UHGV virus genome: UHGV-0384497
Origin: a virus
Strand: one strand, 5' to 3'
Length of the DNA stretch: 5,178 nt
The translations under genes and the position numbers were made by a program. This document shows, piece after piece, positions 1-5,178 of this stretch. The number at the start of each line of letters is the position of its first letter. Position 1 is the stretch's first letter. The notes beneath the pieces are model-generated. The model worked only from the letters and a program-made list of their open reading frames with translations. It was not told the DNA's origin and searched no databases.

Positions 1-729
1 TCGCGCGATATTTCTAAAGAGAAGTTATCAGTTGATTTTGTGACTTGTCACCCAGATAATCGTGTGTTCTCGTTTCAAAATTCTAGGCCAGATCTTTGTC
101 GTATACAAATGATTGGTAATATCATTGGTGTTGGTGCTGTTGGTACTTCGAAGTTCTTGCTAGATGGTTATGCTTGGATTCCAAAGAGTGCTTTGACACA
201 AGGTTCTGATATCATGTTCTCTATTTCTAAGGAATCTATAGCTAATGATCCTAAGTTATTATTTATTGGTCAACTCTCATCTTTTCAAGATGTTGATAGT
301 GTTAGTTTAGTTCCTGGTCGAGTTGATCAAAATACTGTATTTTTCAATACTTTTACTTTAGGTACTGATGTATCTGATCGGTTTGATTTGGACAGAAATA
401 CTATCATTGAGATTCACGAAGATGATTATTTAATTAGAGCTTCGTTAGGTTCATTATCTTATATTTCCTTTGGAGGTGAGACTTATCCGTTTTTGCTTGA
501 TGTTCGTAAGACTATACAGTTAACTAATGCGATGGATTCCTCTTCTATTGCTATTTTTAATGATGGCGAGAATGGTTTTAAGCAATTGGTTTCTTTTCCT
601 CTAGGGTTTTATACTCTTATGCCTTATGATACTGCTAAGCCTATGGATAATCACGTATTGTCTGTGACTTACAATAATGTGGACGTATTGCGTCCGCTTG
701 CTCGTTATGATGGTAATGTTTTAAGGTGA
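1..729 (+). CDS. Major capsid protein VP1 (F-like), C-terminal portion. Frame 1 is open from nt 1, so the true start lies outside the window; it is most likely the continuation of the ORF beginning at 3997 on a circular genome.
   Basis: Frame 1 is open from nt 1 (SRDISKEKLSVDFV...), so the GTG at 40 in the ORF track is not the real start. It ends at TAA 727-729, 6 nt before the VP2 start. In microviruses VP1 immediately precedes VP2. Its phase matches the VP1 N-terminal ORF that runs off the 3' end of the window. Confidence 0.75.
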   Translation, partial: SRDISKEKLSVDFVTCHPDNRVFSFQNSRPDLCRIQMIGNIIGVGAVGTSKFLLDGYAWIPKSALTQGSDIMFSISKESIANDPKLLFIGQLSSFQDVDSVSLVPGRVDQNTVFFNTFTLGTDVSDRFDLDRNTIIEIHEDDYLIRASLGSLSYISFGGETYPFLLDVRKTIQLTNAMDSSSIAIFNDGENGFKQLVSFPLGFYTLMPYDTAKPMDNHVLSVTYNNVDVLRPLARYDGNVLR

Positions 730-735
730 TAAGTT

Positions 736-1773
736 ATGGATCCCGTTACTATTGCAGGTCTTGCAGGTGCAGGCGCTAGTCTTGTCGGAGGTCTTATAAA
801 TAATGCTTGGTCTGATGCTCGTACAGAGAAACAGTACAGGCAAATGAATGAGATGCAAGATAAGATGAACGCATATAATGCGCCCGTTGCTCAAATGGCT
901 CGCTTGCGTGCGGCTGGATTGAATCCTAATCTTGTGTATGCTAATGGCGGTGCTGTTATACAGTCCGCTGTTGGTAATGCTCCCCAGCCTGCCCATACTA
1001 CTCCGATTGATACACAAGGAGTACTTCAGATGGTGCAGACGATTGTCGGAGGTATGCTAGAAAAGGATAAGATACAAGCTAGTAAGGAGATGCAGTCAGA
1101 GCAGATTACAGCTGATAAGGAGATTTCGGAAGCTAAGAATACCACAACTAAAGAGGTTACAGGTATGCAGACTAAGTCTTCAGAGCGTAATGTCGATGTT
1201 CAGACTCAATCTAATGAGAATATAGCTACTGAACGTAATAAGACTGAGAAAGAGATGAACACAGCTCGGATTCAATCTAATGAACAGATTGAATTTGCTA
1301 AGCTTTCCGAGAGTGCTCGTCAGGCTGATATGCGTAATGCTATTGATCGTGCGCATGTTGTTATAGATCAGTTTTTGGCTAGTGTAGCTAAAGAGCGTGC
1401 AGATGCTGATGTAGATGAGTCTCGTAGTCGTAAAGCGTTGAATGAACAACAGTATAGGTTACACGAATCACTTGATGAATTGACTCTTGCTGTTGAACGT
1501 GGTAAGATACGAGAATATCAGATTCGTAATGGTATTACTGAGATTGAGAATTTCTTGTCTCGTCCTGGTTATATTGATACGAAGCAATTAGCGACTTTGT
1601 ATGATAAATATGGTATTTCTTATACGCAGGAGCAGTTGAATTCTATTAAATCTGTTTTTGATAATCTCCATAATAGAACCGAGATTGAATCTGTTATGTC
1701 TAATAATTATGTAACGCCGTTTATAGGTGAGCTTTCAGATGCTATTCTTAAGCCTTTGTCGGTGTTAAAGTAA
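736..1773 (+). CDS. VP2 / H-like DNA pilot (minor capsid) protein
   Basis: 345 aa. The N-terminus is Gly/Ala-rich and hydrophobic (MDPVTIAGLAGAGASLVGGLINN). An AGLNPNLVY motif follows, which as I recall is typical of gokushovirus-type VP2. The centre is a long Q/E/K/T-rich, low-complexity, predicted coiled-coil region. It sits directly downstream of VP1. Its ATG has the only strong Shine-Dalgarno (SD, ribosome-binding) sequence in the genome (AAGGTGA, about 8 nt upstream). Confidence 0.75.
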   Translation: MDPVTIAGLAGAGASLVGGLINNAWSDARTEKQYRQMNEMQDKMNAYNAPVAQMARLRAAGLNPNLVYANGGAVIQSAVGNAPQPAHTTPIDTQGVLQMVQTIVGGMLEKDKIQASKEMQSEQITADKEISEAKNTTTKEVTGMQTKSSERNVDVQTQSNENIATERNKTEKEMNTARIQSNEQIEFAKLSESARQADMRNAIDRAHVVIDQFLASVAKERADADVDESRSRKALNEQQYRLHESLDELTLAVERGKIREYQIRNGITEIENFLSRPGYIDTKQLATLYDKYGISYTQEQLNSIKSVFDNLHNRTEIESVMSNNYVTPFIGELSDAILKPLSVLK

Positions 1774-1806
1774 TTGTTATCTTTGCAGATATCAAATTTA
1801 TTATAT

Positions 1807-1938
1807 ATGGCTTCTATACTTATCAGCATTATGTATGCTATTCCCCTCGTTTTGCTGTTGCTTGCTATGATTTATGGCATTATACGGCTTATTAAGTTAA
1901 TCATTAAAGAGTTTCGTCATGGAAAAAAGAAGTTATAA
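1807..1938 (+). CDS. Hypothetical 43-aa single-pass membrane peptide (MASILISIMYAIPLVLLLLAMIYGIIRLIKLIIKEFRHGKKKL). Candidate lysis or accessory peptide.
   Basis: ATG at 1807 and TAA at 1936-1938. A hydrophobic stretch of about 25 aa is followed by a basic C-terminal tail. It lies in the 145-nt gap between VP2 and ORF99 and overlaps the ORF99 start by 20 nt in another frame. It is absent from the ORF track, presumably because of its length. A T-rich coding strand inflates the chance of hydrophobic ORFs, so support is weak. Confidence 0.3.
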   Translation: MASILISIMYAIPLVLLLLAMIYGIIRLIKLIIKEFRHGKKKL

Positions 1939-2218
1939 GTATGTGGCTCGTGCGCCACAGAGTGTAGTGTCTGACACTTTACCGAATCAGACTGTAGACT
2001 TGTCTATACTTGTTAAGCAGTTAATGGACGGTCAGGCACTGAATGTTGGATTATCATTGTCTGAGGACACTTCGGATACTTTAGACACTCCAGATATTAC
2101 TAAGTATGATTTCCGTCATATGACAGTATCTGATGTAGATAATCTATTGTCTAAGGTTCAGCCGGTGAAAATTGATCCTGCGCCAGCTGAGACCGGTACG
2201 GCTTCCGTAGCCGATTGA
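1919..2218 (+). CDS. Hypothetical acidic 99-aa protein. It sits in the VP3 (internal scaffolding protein) position, which suggests that function.
   Basis: It lies between VP2 and Rep, as VP3 does in gokushovirus gene order. The C-terminal two-thirds is rich in D/E/S/T (SEDTSDTLDTPDITKYDF...), and scaffolding proteins are typically acidic. I recognise no motif; the call is by position and composition only. Confidence 0.4.
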   Translation: MEKRSYKYVARAPQSVVSDTLPNQTVDLSILVKQLMDGQALNVGLSLSEDTSDTLDTPDITKYDFRHMTVSDVDNLLSKVQPVKIDPAPAETGTASVAD

Positions 2219-2248
2219 TATTAATGGGTGCGGGGGCTGATGGCTTGT

Positions 2249-2287
2249 CCATTGCCCCCCTCACCTCTTTTGAGGTGGGGGCAATGG
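2249..2287. other. GC-rich imperfect stem-loop (about 16 bp stem with a small internal bulge and a TTTT loop). Part of a larger G/C-tract structure (GGGTGCGGGGG at 2226-2236 ... CCGCCCCCCCGCCC at 2313-2326) in an otherwise AT-rich genome.
   Basis: ccattg/caatgg, cccccc/ggggg and acctc/gaggt all pair directly. No U-tract follows, so it is not a canonical intrinsic terminator. The flanking G-run and C-run are partly complementary. Confidence 0.5.
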
Positions 2288-2346
2288 CAATAGCCGAATA
2301 AGTCCTTCGGACCGCCCCCCCGCCCGTTAATTATTACGAGAGAGCA

Positions 2347-2377
2347 GGCGATTACTCCTACTTGATATGTAATCGCC
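2347..2377 (+). promoter_or_regulatory. Putative rolling-circle origin (nick-site hairpin). A perfect 9-bp stem (ggcgattac / gtaatcgcc) encloses a 13-nt loop, tcctACTTGATAT, that carries a 9-mer identical to the phiX174 ori core (CAACTTG^ATATTAATAAC).
   Basis: The inverted repeat is read directly from the sequence. The exact ACTTGATAT match to the phiX174 gene-A origin (nick between G and A) lies in the loop. It sits in the main intergenic region just upstream of the Rep gene. Related copies: TTGATATTAAT at 2215-2225 and CTTGATTATTAAG at 2458-2470. Confidence 0.45.
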
Positions 2378-2381
2378 AAGT

Positions 2382-2414
2382 GACACCACGATACAAATAC
2401 ATTGTGGTGTTGTC
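2382..2414. other. Second intergenic hairpin (7-8 bp stem, acaccac / gtggtgt, with a 14-nt AT-rich loop)
   Basis: Inverted repeat gacaccac ... gtggtgt(t)gtc seen directly in the sequence. Confidence 0.4.
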
Positions 2415-2518
2415 TCTCTAAATAATTTGTAGTACATTTGTGCCATAAGCGGGTAACTCTTGATTATTAAGATTGTAAAAGCCTGCTTTTGGACTAAACG
2501 TATAACTCATTCTGATAA

Positions 2519-3457
2519 ATGCTTTGCGTTAATCAAATACAAGTTTTGAACCCCAAGACGGGTAAATTTATTAAAGTTCCTTGCGGTACTTGTTATGCTT
2601 GTCAAAGTAACAAGCGTTCTTCCTGGATGTTCCGTAATACGGTTGAATTACAGTACTCACAGAGTGCGTTCTTCTGTACTCTTACATACAATGATACTGC
2701 CTTGCTGGGTCTTCCGTATCACGCTTCTTCTCAACTGCGAATGCCCTTGAAATATCATTATCAACGCTGGCTTAAGCGCCTGCGCAAGGCGTTACAGCCT
2801 GCTAAAGTTCGGTATTTCCTCTGTCACGAGTATGGCGATGAGTCTCTACGTCCTCACTATCACGTTATACTGTATCTAGATAGGTCTATGTCTCTCACAG
2901 ATATGCGCCGTCTTATATCTGATACTTGGACTAATGGTAATATACAGTGTGATTATGTCACCCCTGCTAGGATACATTATCTATCTAAGTACGTTACTAA
3001 GCAGTTCCGCAACGTGAAAGTATCTGGTCGTTCAGTGGATTATATATTTAATCATATCTGGGCTAATAGAGCTCTTCAGCATCGTTATATAGTTGAATTC
3101 TACCTCAAAAAGTTTTCTTTTGTTGTAGCTAGTCAAGGCTTAGGTTGTCAGCTCCTGCGGGAGCCTGCTTTTATACGCTGGTTTTGGGATCACCTAGAGC
3201 CAGGCGAATCGTATCCTACTTATGTTATCGGAGGTCACTCTTATACGCTACCGCGTATCTATCTGCGTAAGCTTGTGCCAGATATATGGCGCGAAGCTAT
3301 TACCCCCGATATATCGCCCGAGGCTAAATATGCCCGTATGTCTGATATCGCGTCTGACGCTAATCTAACCGTAAAACAGTATGTGGAAAATGCGCGCTAC
3401 ATACAAGACCGTAAGTCTACCATTATCCGCGCTAATAACAAAAAATCCCCTTTGTAA
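2519..3457 (+). CDS. Replication initiation protein (VP4 / gpA-like rolling-circle HUH endonuclease)
   Basis: 312 aa with all three rolling-circle replication (RCR) motifs. Motif 1 is FFCTLTYN (nt about 2669-2692). Motif 2 (HUH) is RPHYHVILY, with HYH at nt 2855-2863. Motif 3 is YLSKYVTK (nt about 2978-3001), whose two Tyr are spaced Y-x3-Y as in the phiX174 gpA catalytic tyrosines. The N-terminal VPCGTCYACQ Cys cluster is typical of microvirus Rep. Confidence 0.9.
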   Translation: MLCVNQIQVLNPKTGKFIKVPCGTCYACQSNKRSSWMFRNTVELQYSQSAFFCTLTYNDTALLGLPYHASSQLRMPLKYHYQRWLKRLRKALQPAKVRYFLCHEYGDESLRPHYHVILYLDRSMSLTDMRRLISDTWTNGNIQCDYVTPARIHYLSKYVTKQFRNVKVSGRSVDYIFNHIWANRALQHRYIVEFYLKKFSFVVASQGLGCQLLREPAFIRWFWDHLEPGESYPTYVIGGHSYTLPRIYLRKLVPDIWREAITPDISPEAKYARMSDIASDANLTVKQYVENARYIQDRKSTIIRANNKKSPL

Positions 3458-3459
3458 CT

Positions 3460-3588
3460 ATGAAGTTATCAAATCGTAAAATCGGATTCTTCGCTAGGTT
3501 GCGTAAGTTCCGAATCCCTGTGCTACTGCTATTGCTGGCAGTGGTTGTTGTCTGTGTTGCTTTCGGATGGTTTTCTTTTTTAGTCTAG
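3460..3588 (+). CDS. Hypothetical 42-aa peptide (MKLSNRKIGFFARLRKFRIPVLLLLLAVVVVCVAFGWFSFLV). It has an Arg/Lys-rich N-terminus followed by one strong transmembrane-like helix. Candidate single-gene lysis protein, or a J/VP8-like basic DNA-packaging peptide.
   Basis: Its ATG is 2 nt after the Rep stop, and its TAG at 3586-3588 is 6 nt before the ORF132 ATG. It therefore exactly fills an otherwise unexplained 137-nt gap in a compact genome. It is missing from the ORF track, presumably because of its length. Seven basic residues in the first 18 aa are followed by about 24 hydrophobic residues. Confidence 0.4.
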   Translation: MKLSNRKIGFFARLRKFRIPVLLLLLAVVVVCVAFGWFSFLV

Positions 3589-3594
3589 TATCTT

Positions 3595-3993
3595 ATGAAC
3601 ACTTGTAAGTATCGAAATAATCCGTTTAATATACGGTATAATCCCGATAACAATTGGAAAGGTCAGACAGAGCCAAAGAATGGTTTCTGTCAATTTTCGG
3701 AGCTAAAGTACGGAGTTCGTGCCGCTTTTATTCTTGTCTATAACTATCGTAATTTGCACGATGCTTCTACACCTCGTGATATAATACGATATTGGGCACC
3801 GAAAGAAGATGGTAATGATACCGCTGCTTATATATCCTTTGTCTCTCAGCTGTTGAATGAAGATGAGGATATAAATACTACCCTCGAGTATGTCGTTTTG
3901 CTGTACTCAATGTGGCATGTTGAACAAGGTTGGACGCCCTCCATTTGGGAGTTTGCCAAACTGCTGAATTACTCACTAATAGAAGATCTATAA
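3595..3993 (+). CDS. Hypothetical 132-aa protein of unknown function. Located between Rep and VP1; I have no confident homology call.
   Basis: The ATG is the first one after an in-frame stop, and the ORF ends 3 nt before the VP1 ATG. Its composition is not low-complexity and it contains several W/Y/H residues (NPFNIRYNPDNNWKG..., MWHVEQGW). I cannot assign a family from memory. A peptidoglycan-hydrolase or peptidase role is suggested only weakly, by its position next to a candidate membrane peptide. Confidence 0.5.
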   Translation: MNTCKYRNNPFNIRYNPDNNWKGQTEPKNGFCQFSELKYGVRAAFILVYNYRNLHDASTPRDIIRYWAPKEDGNDTAAYISFVSQLLNEDEDINTTLEYVVLLYSMWHVEQGWTPSIWEFAKLLNYSLIEDL

Positions 3994-3996
3994 ACT

Positions 3997-5178
3997 ATGC
4001 CTAATCTAACTAAGTATTCGCTTGACCATGAGGTTCGGTCAAGCTTTGAGATGGGACAGTTAATCCCATTTTTGTGCCAGGAGGTTGTGCCTGGCGATAA
4101 GTATCGCGTACAATCTAGTACGCTTGTGCGTCTCCAGCCTATGTTATCCCCGCTGATGCATAGACTTGATTACTTCCAGAGGTACTATTATGTGCCTTAT
4201 AGGTTGCTTATCCCTAACTATGAACAACTGTTGACTGATCCCGATAGCGGTAATACTGTGCCAGGTATGGATAAGTATTTGCAATATACTGCGCATACCC
4301 TAAAGGAATTGTTCTTGGAGAAACCTTTGTTGGAGTATTTTGGTCTTGCATCGTCATTAGATGGTACACACCCCGATAATGTGATTAAGGATCTTAATGC
4401 TACTCCCCTACTTGCTTATTACCTTATATATAATCATTATTATATGAGGTCAGACCTTGATAAGCGTTATATTGATCAATTGCGCCCCGAAAACTTTACT
4501 AGTGCCGAGTTGCGCAAATACATTGGTAATGTTATGTATGTCAATGAAGGACTTGATTACTTTACTAGCGCTAAGACCTCTACACAGTATGGTAATATGG
4601 TACAGTTGGATATGGACGGTAATAATACCATTACTGTGCCTGAGATGCGTCTCGCTGAGCGTTTGCAGTCGTTTAGAGAGAGACTTCTCCGAGTTGGTGG
4701 TAAGTATGTGAATTATATTAAGGAGTTCTTTGGTGTCGAGCCCCTTGATGCTCGTGTACAGATACCTAAGTATCTAGGTGGTGACTCCTATGTTCTTAAT
4801 GTGTCTGATGTTGACCAGACAGCTCCCTCTGAGCTTGGTTCCGTTGGTGAAAGTTATGGCAAATCAGTGTCTGTTAATCGTACGGGTCAGATCGAGTATG
4901 ACGTTTACGAGCATGGTCTAATTATAGGCTTGCATTTTGTCCGTCCTCGTCCGTCTAATATCGGCGGTTGTCCTAAGATGTTTACACGACGTACGTATTT
5001 CGACTTCTTTAACCCGCATTTTTCTGCTCTTGGTTATCAAGAGATACAGGCGCGCGAACTTGATGTTGCCCGTCCGAAAGATGAAGCTTTCGGTTACGTC
5101 CCTCGCTATGATGAGTATCGTTATGGTAATGATATAGTATCTGGAGACTTTAAGCGGTCTCTTGATTATTGGCATATG
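3997..5178 (+). CDS. Major capsid protein VP1 (F-like), N-terminal 394 aa. There is no stop in the window. It continues at nt 1 in the same phase if the genome is circular, giving about 636 aa in total.
   Basis: Translation begins MPNLTKYSLDHEVRSSFEMGQLIPFLCQEVVPGDKYRVQSSTLVRLQPMLSPLMHRLD...YYVPYRLL. This matches the conserved microvirus VP1 N-terminal architecture (FxMGxLxP...VxPGD...PMxxP). Further along, LAERLQSFRERLLRVGGKYVNYIKEFFGVEP matches the conserved VP1 'erla-RGGSRY-Wl-shFGV' region. The ORF runs to the last base of the window in frame 1. Confidence 0.85.
   Translation, partial: MPNLTKYSLDHEVRSSFEMGQLIPFLCQEVVPGDKYRVQSSTLVRLQPMLSPLMHRLDYFQRYYYVPYRLLIPNYEQLLTDPDSGNTVPGMDKYLQYTAHTLKELFLEKPLLEYFGLASSLDGTHPDNVIKDLNATPLLAYYLIYNHYYMRSDLDKRYIDQLRPENFTSAELRKYIGNVMYVNEGLDYFTSAKTSTQYGNMVQLDMDGNNTITVPEMRLAERLQSFRERLLRVGGKYVNYIKEFFGVEPLDARVQIPKYLGGDSYVLNVSDVDQTAPSELGSVGESYGKSVSVNRTGQIEYDVYEHGLIIGLHFVRPRPSNIGGCPKMFTRRTYFDFFNPHFSALGYQEIQARELDVARPKDEAFGYVPRYDEYRYGNDIVSGDFKRSLDYWHM

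Noticed and set aside
40-729. ORF-track start at GTG 40 for the first ORF
   Set aside because: Frame 1 is open all the way back to nt 1, and the sequence is the continuation of VP1. The GTG at 40 is therefore an internal Val codon, not a start.
721-1017. 98-aa ORF on the minus strand, antisense to the VP1 end and VP2 start
   Set aside because: Microviridae genes are all on one strand. The ORF lies entirely antisense to strongly supported genes, has odd Cys/Ser-rich composition and shows no start-context support. It is most likely a spurious antisense ORF.
1180-1449. 89-aa minus-strand ORF inside VP2
   Set aside because: It is antisense to the low-complexity region of VP2, so the hydrophobic and Ile-rich composition is expected from the reverse complement of A/G-rich codons. 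No support.
2249-2287. GC-rich stem-loop as a canonical rho-independent terminator
   Set aside because: It is not followed by a U/T-tract (caatagccg...), so it does not fit the intrinsic terminator model. I kept it as a structural or ori-associated element instead.
4457-4711. 84-aa hydrophobic ORF in an alternative + frame inside VP1
   Set aside because: Overlapping genes do occur in microviruses, so I considered it. It has no start context, no positional logic, and its Cys/Leu-rich composition is typical of out-of-frame translation of T-rich sequence. Not reportable without conservation evidence.
4918-5175. 85-aa minus-strand ORF and 66-aa +2-frame ORF (4937..5137) inside VP1
   Set aside because: Both are embedded in the well-supported VP1 reading frame with no independent evidence. 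They are most likely frame artefacts.
1-5178. tRNA, rRNA, CRISPR array, integrase, att sites or transposase signatures
   Set aside because: None seen. There are no cloverleaf-like conserved segments, no regularly spaced direct repeats, and no tyrosine- or serine-recombinase motifs in any frame.

Overview
The window reads as a complete small ssDNA phage genome of the family Microviridae, linearised inside its major capsid gene. It resembles the Gokushovirinae/Alpavirinae type rather than phiX-like Bullavirinae. Every supportable gene is on the + strand, as is typical for microviruses. The gene order is: VP1 major capsid (3997..5178, wrapping to 1..729, about 636 aa if joined), VP2 DNA-pilot/minor capsid protein (736..1773), an acidic 99-aa ORF in the scaffold position (1919..2218), a roughly 300-nt structured intergenic region (2219..2518), a rolling-circle Rep of the HUH superfamily (2519..3457), and a 132-aa ORF of unknown function (3595..3993). 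The intergenic region holds GC-rich hairpins and a phiX174-origin-like 'ACTTGATAT' presented in a hairpin loop. Two tightly packed short ORFs (1807..1938 and 3460..3588), not in the supplied ORF track, encode single-transmembrane-helix peptides with basic tails. Together with the unassigned 132-aa protein, these are the most novel candidates: lysis and/or J/VP8-like DNA-packaging functions are still unassigned for this genome type. I see no tRNA, rRNA, CRISPR, integrase or att sites. Nothing here could be confirmed by database search; all homology statements rest on recognised motifs.
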